Of a stretch of DNA of 32,000 bases, positions 1-7,392 are shown piece after piece. Below the pieces are notes generated by a model. It was not told the DNA's origin. It made no database searches and saw only the letters and a program-made list of their open reading frames with translations. This DNA comes from Halomicrobium mukohataei DSM 12286 (lineage in GTDB: Archaea > Halobacteriota > Halobacteria > Halobacteriales > Haloarculaceae). How positions within the stretch are numbered: the first letter of the stretch is position 1; each line of letters starts with the position of its first letter. A program made the translations under genes and the position numbers. Location: the NCBI RefSeq assembly GCF_000023965.1, contig NC_013202.1:2400001-2432000 (forward strand), read 5' to 3'.

Positions 1-735
1 GTAGACTGGAGCCCCGACGAGTGCGGCCAGTGGCACGGAGAGTGGGTTCTCCGGACCGAGCACGGTTCGAACTATCTCGACGGGGACGACGCCGTGAATT
101 AATGCTCCGAGAACCATCCCGAGGACAAGATACGGAAGGGTATCGACGAAGAACGACCACGCTTCACGCGCGGCCGATTCGAAATGCTGCCGGTGCGTTT
201 GCTCCGTATTCGCCGCTCCGCCGGCACAGCAGTCGACTGTTCCGCCGTCCGCAACGGTCTGACCTGTACTATCCGTAATGTGGACTTCCTTGACGTGGTC
301 GGCCAAGCCCAGCCGACCGATAACGATTCCGCCGAGAACGGCTGCGAGAAACGTTATGAGGACGTACCAGACGGTTACTTCGATTCCGAACAGCCCGATT
401 AGCAACAGTACGGCGATTTCGTTGACGAGTGGCGAAGCGAGGAGGAACGAGAAGGCCAGTCCGAGCGGCGCACCCGCCCGAAGCAATCCGGCCAAGACAG
501 GGACGGTCGAGCACGAGCAGAACGGCGTCACCGCGCCCAGTCCGGCGGCAGCGACGTTACCGGTACCTTCATCGTGGCCGCGGAGTTTCCGCTCGACTTT
601 CTCCGGTGGGAGATACTCCTGTGCTAATCCGACGAGGAACGACGCCCCGATGAACAACGGGACGAGGAGGAACGCGAGGTGGAGAAAGTAGTTCCACGAG
701 TCCAGGAGCGCGTTGCTGAGGCTCGGTGAGAGCAT
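1..735 (-). CDS. ArsP-like / COG0701-type membrane permease; 3' end cut by window edge
   Basis: Absent from the ORF track because it runs off the window. My minus-strand translation from ATG 735..733 stays open for all 245 codons to position 1: MLSPSLSNALLDSWNYFLHLAFLLVPLFIGASFLVGLAQEYLPPEK...GAVTPFCSCSTVPVLAGLL... It has hydrophobic helices and the TPFCSCS vicinal-Cys motif of this permease family. The start lies 2 nt after the arsR stop. Confidence 0.75.
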   Translation of the reverse strand, partial: MLSPSLSNALLDSWNYFLHLAFLLVPLFIGASFLVGLAQEYLPPEKVERKLRGHDEGTGNVAAAGLGAVTPFCSCSTVPVLAGLLRAGAPLGLAFSFLLASPLVNEIAVLLLIGLFGIEVTVWYVLITFLAAVLGGIVIGRLGLADHVKEVHITDSTGQTVADGGTVDCCAGGAANTEQTHRQHFESAAREAWSFFVDTLPYLVLGMVLGALIHGVVPVEIVRTVLGPENPLSVPLAALVGAPVY

Positions 736-736
736 C

Positions 737-1120
737 TCAATCGTCTCCCTCAATGGCCTGGGCGAGGTCGAGCAGGTCGAAGACCGCGGTGTCGGCGATG
801 CGGTAGTAGCTCCACTTGCCCTTCTTGCGGGATTTGACCAGCCCGGCCTCTCTCAGCTTCCGGAGGTGGGTAGCGACGGTGGATTGGGGGGCGTCGAGCA
901 CGATCTGCAACTCACATCCACAGCACTCTGATTCCCGGAGTGCGCTGAGAACGCGGAGGCGATCCTCATTCCCGAGGGCCTTGAACACTGCCTCCTGATC
1001 GGTGACATCTTGTTCGGATGTCCGAATATCCCGTAAGGCGGCGATCCGTTCCTCCGGGTCGTCGTACAACCGTTCAAGTGCGCTGTAGGCCTCGTCGTGT
1101 GATGGATCTGCATCAGACAT
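737..1120 (-). CDS. ArsR/SmtB-family metalloregulatory transcription factor
   Basis: 127 aa. Winged-HTH core LGNEDRLRVLSALRESECCGCELQIVLDAPQSTVATHLRKLREAGLV with a Cys cluster (ECCGCE) at the ArsR metal/metalloid-site position. It directly precedes the permease. Confidence 0.85.
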   Translation of the reverse strand: MSDADPSHDEAYSALERLYDDPEERIAALRDIRTSEQDVTDQEAVFKALGNEDRLRVLSALRESECCGCELQIVLDAPQSTVATHLRKLREAGLVKSRKKGKWSYYRIADTAVFDLLDLAQAIEGDD

Positions 1121-1141
1121 ATTTGTATTTCTCGGTTTGAA

Positions 1142-1294
1142 TTACTCGCAGCAACCCTCTGATTCACGTCCTGACGAGGTGGATTGTGTTTCTTCGATAT
1201 CTGCCCTACAACAGGACCCTTCTTTCTGCCCATAGCGACTCACGAGACGATTCCAGAGTCGGTCGAGGATACTTTTTGCCATCTTCGTCATATC
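1142..1294 (-). CDS. Small Cys-rich hypothetical protein (about 50 aa), possible first gene of the arsR-permease operon
   Basis: Internal ATG of track ORF 1142..1375 gives MTKMAKSILDRLWNRLVSRYGQKEGSCCRADIEETQSTSSGRESEGCCE, with two vicinal CC pairs. A TATA-like TTTCATATAG lies about 20-27 nt upstream on the minus strand. The gene ends 21 nt before arsR. GC3 is only about 50%, like arsR. Confidence 0.3.
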   Translation of the reverse strand, partial: DMTKMAKSILDRLWNRLVSRYGQKEGSCCRADIEETQSTSSGRESEGCCE

Positions 1295-1521
1295 GTAGTT
1301 TCCCGATCTATATGAAAATTGTGGTGGCTCGGATCTTGGTCTCCTTGCCGAGAAGAGGATTCGTGTTGCCACCATTCAGAGCAGTAGAGTAGTCGAAAAC
1401 AGTGATGTACGCGAGTGGGATTTGATCATCTCCATGGATAGCGCCGCCACATTGATATAGCAGTATACAGTTTACGTGTCTACGAGCTGCCGCCGGGTCG
1501 CCGACAAAACAGTGTCGGGCG

Positions 1522-2559
1522 CTAACAGATATCGTACACGTGCTCGTCGTAGACGGTGCGAACGCGGTCGCCCCACTCGTGGGTGTACGTGTCGATCACG
1601 TCCTGGGCCACGTCGCCGCGCAGGTACTTCACGATCCCGCGATCACCAGTTCGATCCCGGAGGTGTGTCGTGAAGAAGTGCCTGAAGTAGTGCGGCGTCA
1701 CGTTCTGGGCCGCATCGCCGCCGTCCTGGTACCAGCCCCGGTCGCGTGCGTGGCGTTCGACGACGTGGTGGACCATGTCCGGCGTGAGTCGTTTCCCCCA
1801 GTCTCCGCTCGTCGACGTGAACAGCGGCTCTGCGGTCGATCTCGGATCTGGGCGGACGGCCAGCCACCGTTCGAGTACGTCGCCCAGTTCCGCGTCGACG
1901 GGGACCGTCGTGTCCCGTTTTCGCTTGTTCGAGGCCGTCCGCTCTTCGCCGTTGACGACCGCGCCACGCGCCGGCTCGGCCGAGACGAACAGCGAATCGG
2001 GGCGCTCTTCGAGCTGTGGCCGAATCGCAGTCCCCGCCGTGACCGCACACTCCGACAGGTGCAGGTCACGAACGTCGAGATTACAGAGCTCGCCCGCACG
2101 CATCCCGGTCTTCAACAGCGTCACGACGACCGCTCGCTCCAGGGGATGGCCGATGTCCCGGACGAACGATCGCATCGCCGGGATAGGGATCTCTCGGCGC
2201 TGGGGGTCGGTGTCGATCGTCTCGTCCATCTCCTCCATCACCAGCGCCATCGGATTCTCCTCGAAGGTTCCGACCTGATTCATGTAGGCGTAGAACCGAT
2301 GCAAGTATGAGGCGTACGTCGCGACGGTCGAGTCACTCTGCTCGTCTCTGAGCCCGTGGACGTACGCCATACAGTCTCGATGGGTCGCTTCGGCCAGTCC
2401 GACCGGCCGGGCTCCGCTGTCGAGGAAGGACTCGAACTCCCGGAGCACGCGCTCGTAGTACTCCCGCGTTCGATCCGTCTTTCCGTGGTAGGTCATATCG
2501 TCCAGGAAGTAGCCGACCGGATCCTCGCTCGCGTCGACGGCGTCGGTGTCGGAGCTCAT
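1522..2559 (-). CDS. Tyrosine recombinase / phage-type integrase
   Basis: Track ORF 1522..2682. The likely start is ATG 2559, which overlaps the upstream gene stop as ATGA. It has an N-terminal SAM-like core-binding region (YYERVLREFESFL...YASYLHRFYAYM). Catalytic signatures are LLKTGMRAGEL (Arg), HYFRHFF (H-x-x-R) and DTYTH (Tyr). Confidence 0.85.
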   Translation of the reverse strand: MSSDTDAVDASEDPVGYFLDDMTYHGKTDRTREYYERVLREFESFLDSGARPVGLAEATHRDCMAYVHGLRDEQSDSTVATYASYLHRFYAYMNQVGTFEENPMALVMEEMDETIDTDPQRREIPIPAMRSFVRDIGHPLERAVVVTLLKTGMRAGELCNLDVRDLHLSECAVTAGTAIRPQLEERPDSLFVSAEPARGAVVNGEERTASNKRKRDTTVPVDAELGDVLERWLAVRPDPRSTAEPLFTSTSGDWGKRLTPDMVHHVVERHARDRGWYQDGGDAAQNVTPHYFRHFFTTHLRDRTGDRGIVKYLRGDVAQDVIDTYTHEWGDRVRTVYDEHVYDIC

Positions 2560-2999
2560 TTCTTGACGTACCCTCCCTCTCGCCCGCTGTATCTGATCTC
2601 GTCGCGCGCTTGGAGATCCTGTAGCGTCTCGTCCAGTTGCGCTTCGATGTCGTCGGTCACTGCCGCGACCAGCTCGTCCCACTCGTAGCTGTCGCCGTCG
2701 GCGAGGGTCGAGAGAACCCGGTCTTCCAGACGCTGACCCTGGGGGTCGGCGTCCGATTGTTCCCCTTCACCGCCTTCAGCTACTGTCGACGGTTCGATCG
2801 AAGACGAGTCGGCAGTAAAACCACGTCTCCCGGCCTGTACCATCGATCTGACGAACTCGCTGAGGCTCATGTCGAGTTCGTCGGCGTGTGCCTGCCACTC
2901 CTGTTTCTGATAGGTCGGAACGTAGGACTGAATCCTCGCCCGGGAGGTGTCGACGCCGCTGTCACGTGCCATATCGATCCCGTCACTTCCCAGCCACAT
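2556..2999 (-). CDS. Ribbon-helix-helix (CopG-like) small DNA-binding protein coupled to the integrase
   Basis: The segment SYVPTYQKQEWQAHADELDMSLSEFVRSMVQAGRRGF looks like an RHH beta-alpha-alpha unit and is followed by an acidic tail. Its stop overlaps the integrase ATG (ATGA). Start is ATG 2999 (leaderless relative to the TATA-like palindrome at 3016..3039) or ATG 2972. Confidence 0.5.
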   Translation of the reverse strand: MWLGSDGIDMARDSGVDTSRARIQSYVPTYQKQEWQAHADELDMSLSEFVRSMVQAGRRGFTADSSSIEPSTVAEGGEGEQSDADPQGQRLEDRVLSTLADGDSYEWDELVAAVTDDIEAQLDETLQDLQARDEIRYSGREGGYVKK

Positions 3000-3015
3000 C
3001 AATCTAACTCACAAT

Positions 3016-3039
3016 CACAGATAAGGTCATTTATCTGTG
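3016..3039. promoter_or_regulatory. Perfect 9-bp inverted repeat CACAGATAA-N6-TTATCTGTG overlapping the TATA-like sequence of the RHH-integrase operon
   Basis: Read directly. It sits in an AT-rich stretch 17-40 nt upstream of ATG 2999. The geometry fits an autoregulatory operator for the RHH protein. Confidence 0.35.
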
Positions 3040-3533
3040 GAAGTGCTGTCCTATAGCAGCCGCCAACTGATATCTTATTTGTGAATCTGTGCTCAGATAG
3101 CACTAAAGATTATATCCACAAATAAGTATTGTTCTAACAGCAGCAACACAACTCGCCGACAGCGCCAATCGATCTGGTCGGCAGCGGCCGCTCGCTGTGG
3201 ACGATGCCGACTGTCGCCGTGTCGGAACACCGCGACTGTGGGTACGCTCTGCGACGCAGGCGCTCTTGCACGACTCGCCGCATCGGACGAGACTCTGGCA
3301 CGGAGCCCATCGCGTACGACTTCGAGAGATCTCTGTGCTCGAACGAGCGACGATCGGATGAAAAGATCCTATCGGACGGCTGCCGGTCGTGGCGACACTC
3401 GATAGCCGGTACGTCACACGATCGACTGTCACCGTGGTTAGCTATTTCCGGCCCTGTGGCCTCCAGTCGTTTACAGAGTCACAGCCGACGGCGGCAATCC
3501 ATGAGGGACCGGTTCGATTCGACGCCGCCACCA

Positions 3534-3611
3534 TACTGCCGGCTGTCCGTCTGTACAGACCGTTGCGACCCCGTGGTCACGACTCTCTCGAAACGGTGAC
3601 AGCCGGCAGTA
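3534..3611. mobile_element. Family-A 78-bp palindromic MITE-like element, copy A1 (diverged)
   Basis: TACTGCCGGCTGT...ACAGCCGGCAGTA termini with an inner hairpin. Flanks are CCA / TCA. The right flank TCA is the TGA stop of the Nudix-like gene on the minus strand. Confidence 0.75.
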
Positions 3612-4109
3612 TCAGTCCAGGAATACGTCCGTCCCCGGAATCACGTCGGCATCTGCGGGCAGTTCGTCGAACCACTCGACCGCGTGGACCGGTTCGCCTG
3701 CCGGTTCCACGGCAGTGAGATCGTACGCTCCCGACATGGGGACGCCGCCGAAGGTGACGAATCCCCGCGTTGCGGTCCGTTCGCCGCCGTCCGTTTCGAC
3801 GGTGACCTGCCAGACGCCTTCGATCGTCGCCCGAACGTGATCGACGATCGCAGTCGTGAACGCCTCGTCCGGTGTCACGCTTTCGACGGGGATCTTCCAC
3901 GAGCAGGTGTCCGTTTGCTGTCGGAGGAGGAGCTCGCCCGCTGGGTTCGTGATGCCCACGCAAGCGAGATCTGGGAGGTCTCTCATCCGGTCGACGACTG
4001 CCCGGTCGACGACGTCTCGCTGCTCGTGATACGGCACTGGATCGTCCGCAGAGAGGCGCTCGTAGTCGACGATCGGTTCGATCTCCGGAGATGGGGTGTC
4101 TGTCGTCAT
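3612..4109 (-). CDS. Hypothetical protein, Nudix-fold-like with a degenerate Nudix box
   Basis: 165 aa, acidic. The segment WKIPVESVTPDEAFTTAIVDHVRATIEGV aligns loosely to GX5EX7REUXEEXGU, but the catalytic Glu residues are not conserved. It is bracketed by elements A1 and A2. Confidence 0.5.
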   Translation of the reverse strand: MTTDTPSPEIEPIVDYERLSADDPVPYHEQRDVVDRAVVDRMRDLPDLACVGITNPAGELLLRQQTDTCSWKIPVESVTPDEAFTTAIVDHVRATIEGVWQVTVETDGGERTATRGFVTFGGVPMSGAYDLTAVEPAGEPVHAVEWFDELPADADVIPGTDVFLD

Positions 4110-4196
4110 GGTGGGTGGGTTGTGGCGTGGCTCGACCGAAGCGAGCGTTCCCGGCGGACGTTCGAGCGAGGCCCCGCGAAATCAGTGTTCGACTGA

Positions 4197-4274
4197 TACT
4201 GCCGGCTGTAAGTCTGTACAGAATTTCGCGACCACGAGGTCGCGAATATCTTGAAACAGTTACAGCCGGCAGTA
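4197..4274. mobile_element. Family-A element, copy A2
   Basis: TACTGCCGGCTGTAAGTCTGTACAGAATTTCGCGACCACGAGGTCGCGAATATCTTGAAACAGTTACAGCCGGCAGTA. Perfect TGA direct repeats flank it at 4194..4196 and 4275..4277. Confidence 0.85.
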
Positions 4275-4835
4275 TGACAAGCGGCGGACTAATGAATGTA
4301 CCGGCAGTTCGGAAGGCGGATCCGTGCCGGATATCCTCCCGTCGATCGGATAGGCCGGCACAGATCCGCCAACTGCACCTCGGCCTTTCACCCCCAGGGC
4401 TTTCGGTGCTGTCAGTTGCTTCGGCCAATCTCCGCACCTTCGGACAGTCGATCGTCGCCACAGCCCGGCGCTTGGCGACGGATCTCGACGCCACTACCGA
4501 CGACGGTCGGTGCGGACGAGCCTCTCGCTGGTCTCTCGACGGCTCGATCCGTCCTCGTCGGCTGCCGTCCGGCAGCGGATCGCGAGTGTGACTCTAGGGC
4601 TGGCGTCTTCGATCGTTTCTCGTCTGTGGTCGCCATATATGATCAAGTTCTTTCATTTCTGCCCATCAGAAGTGGCCGCAGTGAGACTGATAAATTGCAT
4701 AGCGCTATACAGAAGTGAGCGTGCGAACGACAGTGAACGCTACGTTTCGCACGGATCGGTGTCGCCCTGGACCGGATCGATCGCACGACGATGTTCGACC
4801 GTGAGAACGGCGACGAGCGTCCGTACCAGAGGTGG

Positions 4836-4919
4836 GGTCAGTACAGTAGCGAGTCAAGAGGCCAGTACAGTAGCGAGTCGAGAGGCCAGTACAGTAGCGA
4901 GTCGAGAGGCCAGTACAGA
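4836..4919. repeat. 24-bp tandem repeat, about 3.5 units (GGCCAGTACAGTAGCGAGTCGAGA)
   Basis: Units at 4836, 4860 and 4884, plus a partial unit at 4908. Units 2 and 3 are identical and unit 1 has 2 mismatches. The period of 24 is divisible by 3. Confidence 0.9.
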
Positions 4920-5032
4920 ATATCGCCGACGCTCGTAGACGGCGAGGATCATCCCGGTGGTGCCGAACACTCTGCTCGCGTTCGAGGCGCACGCTTCGCC
5001 GTCGGCGTCGTCACAGCCCCCGACCCGCCTCA

Positions 5033-5109
5033 TACTGCCGGCTGTACGTCTGTGGAGAGTTTCGCGACCCCGTGTCGCGAATACGTTGAAACAGTGATAG
5101 CTGGCAGTA
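5033..5109. mobile_element. Family-A element, copy A3 (77 bp)
   Basis: TACTGCCGGCTGTACGTCTGTGGAGAGTTTCGCGACCCCGTGTCGCGAATACGTTGAAACAGTGATAGCTGGCAGTA. Flanks are TCA / TCG. Confidence 0.8.
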
Positions 5110-5165
5110 TCGGGAGAGAGGGTCCCAGCGATGCGGGACACGATAGCGCGTGTCCGTCGGGGTGA

Positions 5166-5243
5166 TACCGCCGGCTGTACGTCTGTATAGAATTTCGCGA
5201 CCCCGTGGTCGCGAATATCTTGTAACAGTTACAGCCGGCAGTA
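5166..5243. mobile_element. Family-A element, copy A4
   Basis: About 6 mismatches to A2 over 78 bp by hand alignment. Flanks are TGA / CGA. Confidence 0.85.
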
Positions 5244-5309
5244 CGAGAAGCGTGGTCCCGACGGCATCGCCGAAACGACGGATCGAGACGAGAATCCGGA
5301 ATTACGTCG

Positions 5310-7193
5310 TCACTCTTCGCTCTCTTCTTGCGTGCGCGTCGTCTGTGACGGTCCGCCGGAGAAGACGAACTCGTGTTCGGCTTCCGTCTCGAAGCGGTCG
5401 AGGATGTCCCCGAGCGGTCGAGCGTACCGTTTCAGCTGTTCGGCGCGCGAGGATACTTCGTTGAGTTCGGCGGCCTGTTCCTCCGCGGCACCGGCGACGG
5501 TCTCGGACTCGGACATCATCTGCTCGCTGGTGTCTGCGGCCTCCTGCAGCTGGGTCGCGACGGTGCGGAACTGGGTGAGCGAGTCGCCGAGGTCGACTGC
5601 TTGCTGCTCCGCTTCGAGGGCTTCGAGCGTCTCGACCAGTTCGTCGAGATCCTCGGAGATCGTCTGTAGCTGGTCTTTCTGCTCGTAGGCGTCGTCGGAG
5701 ATCTTCTGGATGGACTCGGCGACCTGTTCGGAGGCGTCACGGACAGACTCGGCACTTTGCAGCACCACGTCACCGGATTCCGCGACCTCTTCGGAGAAGC
5801 TCTTGAGCTGGCCGGTCGTCTTCTCCAACTCCTCGATCATGGCGTTGAACTCGCTCGCGATCGTGTCCATCGCTTCGTTCTCGCCGTCCTGCTCCATTCG
5901 CGTGGTCATGTCCCCGCCTGCGGTCTTCTCCATGGCGACGGAGAACTCGGTGGCTTTCTCCTGGAGGTAGTTGCTCATCTCCATTGCTTCCGCGCGCGAG
6001 ACCTCGGCCTCTTTGCGTGCGCGCTCGGCTTCGTCGATCTGCTCTCTGAGCGCGTCGCGCATGTCGGCGAAGCCGTCGTACAGCCGACCGATGTTGTCGA
6101 TCCGTGACGTGTCCAGTTCGACGTCGAGATTGCCCTCCCGCATCTCTTCGGTCTTCCGGGTGAGCGTATCGATCGACGACGAGGTGCTCCAGCCGAGGGC
6201 CGCACCGATACCGCCGATGAAGACGACCAGACCGGCCGTCGCGATCAGGCCGTACAGCTGCACGTCCTCGACGAAGCCAAACACCGTCGAGGACGGTGCG
6301 TGGGTCAGGACGACCCAGTCAGTCCCAGAGACCGGCGCGTAGCCGACTGTGTACTCCTCGTTCAGTCCGAGGTCGGCGTTCGGTGCCATCGTCGTCTTGA
6401 CGCTGGCACTCTCCTGTGTGCCCCGCAGGGCGTTCGCGTCGTCGACCGTCTGCTGGACGGGGTACGTCGACAGCGTCATCCCCTCTCGGTCGCTGTTGCT
6501 GGCGTAGGCCTGGTCGACGACGACCGTGCGGTGGCTGTCGACGACCTGTGTGAATCGCGCGGACTCGTCTTCGGCCGGACTGATCGAGTCGGCGAGTTCG
6601 TCGAGCCGGTACTCGACGACCAGGATGCGGTTCTGGGAGGCCGGCACCGGGCTGGCGAACCCGATGGTCGATTCGCTGTCCTGGCTGTCGCGGTAGGCGT
6701 CGGAGACGAGTACCCGACTGGTGTCGCTGAGCTCCGTCTCGGACGTCCACTGGAGGTTCCCGGACAACGCCGACGAGTCCGCACGGAGGCTCGTACTGGC
6801 GACGACGGACGATCCCGACGGCGTCGTCTCCAGCAGGTGGACGTTCTTGGCGTCGGCCGACAGCCGCGACAGCTCGTTTTGGAGAGCGAGTTCGAGATCT
6901 GCCTCGTCGTCACCCCACTGGTCCTGATTGGAGATGAGCTTCGTCGACAGCTTGTTCTGCGTGACCCACTGCTCGACGATGTCACTCTGCTGGACGGCCG
7001 TGTTCTGGAACTGTCCTTCGACGTTGTCCTGTGTCTGGGTCCGGACCTCTTCGGTCGCCGCGAACCCGATGATGCCGACCGACAGCCCCATCACCAGCAG
7101 GACGAGCCCGAACTTCAGTGCGAAGCTCCGCCTGAGGAAGTTGGGCGTGATCTTCTGGAGAATACCTTCGGAAGACGACTCTGTGTCGCTCAT
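5310..7193 (-). CDS. Membrane-bound Htr/MCP-like transducer with two TM helices, a large extracellular domain, HAMP modules and a shortened signalling domain
   Basis: 627 aa. TM1 is FALKFGLVLLVMGLSVGIIGFAA. An extracytoplasmic region of about 275 aa follows, then TM2 LYGLIATAGLVVFIGGIGAALGW. HAMP-like segments and methylation-helix-like heptads (SIQKISDDAYEQKDQL, AEEQAAELNEVS) are present. The QTNxLALNAxIEAAR tip motif is absent. Confidence 0.8.
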   Translation of the reverse strand: MSDTESSSEGILQKITPNFLRRSFALKFGLVLLVMGLSVGIIGFAATEEVRTQTQDNVEGQFQNTAVQQSDIVEQWVTQNKLSTKLISNQDQWGDDEADLELALQNELSRLSADAKNVHLLETTPSGSSVVASTSLRADSSALSGNLQWTSETELSDTSRVLVSDAYRDSQDSESTIGFASPVPASQNRILVVEYRLDELADSISPAEDESARFTQVVDSHRTVVVDQAYASNSDREGMTLSTYPVQQTVDDANALRGTQESASVKTTMAPNADLGLNEEYTVGYAPVSGTDWVVLTHAPSSTVFGFVEDVQLYGLIATAGLVVFIGGIGAALGWSTSSSIDTLTRKTEEMREGNLDVELDTSRIDNIGRLYDGFADMRDALREQIDEAERARKEAEVSRAEAMEMSNYLQEKATEFSVAMEKTAGGDMTTRMEQDGENEAMDTIASEFNAMIEELEKTTGQLKSFSEEVAESGDVVLQSAESVRDASEQVAESIQKISDDAYEQKDQLQTISEDLDELVETLEALEAEQQAVDLGDSLTQFRTVATQLQEAADTSEQMMSESETVAGAAEEQAAELNEVSSRAEQLKRYARPLGDILDRFETEAEHEFVFSGGPSQTTRTQEESEE

Positions 7194-7361
7194 CGTGTCC
7201 CACCACCAGTGGGAGCTTGTTCGCCGCGAACGCGCACGCCCGTTGCTGTGCCATCCGCTGGCGACACGTCGCTGTTTCGCATAGCTTTGTGTGTATTATT
7301 TGAATACAAAAGCCTTTGGAGTGTGTCACAGTACGGGACGCCGACTCCGGAATCCGGCGGA

Positions 7362-7368
7362 TTTTATA
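7362..7368 (+). promoter_or_regulatory. TATA box (TTTTATA) for kdgK, leaderless geometry
   Basis: Its centre is about 28 nt upstream of ATG 7393. The inverted repeat CCGGA-A-TCCGG (7347..7357) lies immediately upstream. Confidence 0.5.
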
Positions 7369-7392
7369 CCGGGGGCGAGTTGACGCACCTAT

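Noticed and set aside
3500-3533. tRNA-like fragment GGTTCGATTCGACGCCGCCACCA next to element A1; considered as a possible integrase att or tRNA 3' end.
   Set aside because: I could not build a T-arm or a matching acceptor stem, and there is no upstream D or anticodon arm. The resemblance is limited to GGTTCGA plus CCA.
3103-4718. Track ORFs in the ORF-poor stretch: 3103..3432 (-), 3204..3599 (+), 3389..3718 (+), 3577..4494 (-), 4091..4591 (+), 4296..4718 (+), 4412..4636 (-). I also noticed a 58-aa minus-frame ORF ending in CCCC near 3140.
   Set aside because: They are basic, Cys/Arg-rich and low-complexity, unlike acidic haloarchaeal proteins. By my count GC3 is only about 60-75%. Several exist only because they read through the stop-free palindromic elements.
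3534-5243. Considered whether the clustered 78-bp repeats form a CRISPR array.
   Set aside because: The repeats are long full-length palindromes. Spacing is irregular (about 585, 758 and 56 bp) and a protein-coding gene lies between two of them. Copies also occur singly elsewhere with target duplications, and there are no cas genes.
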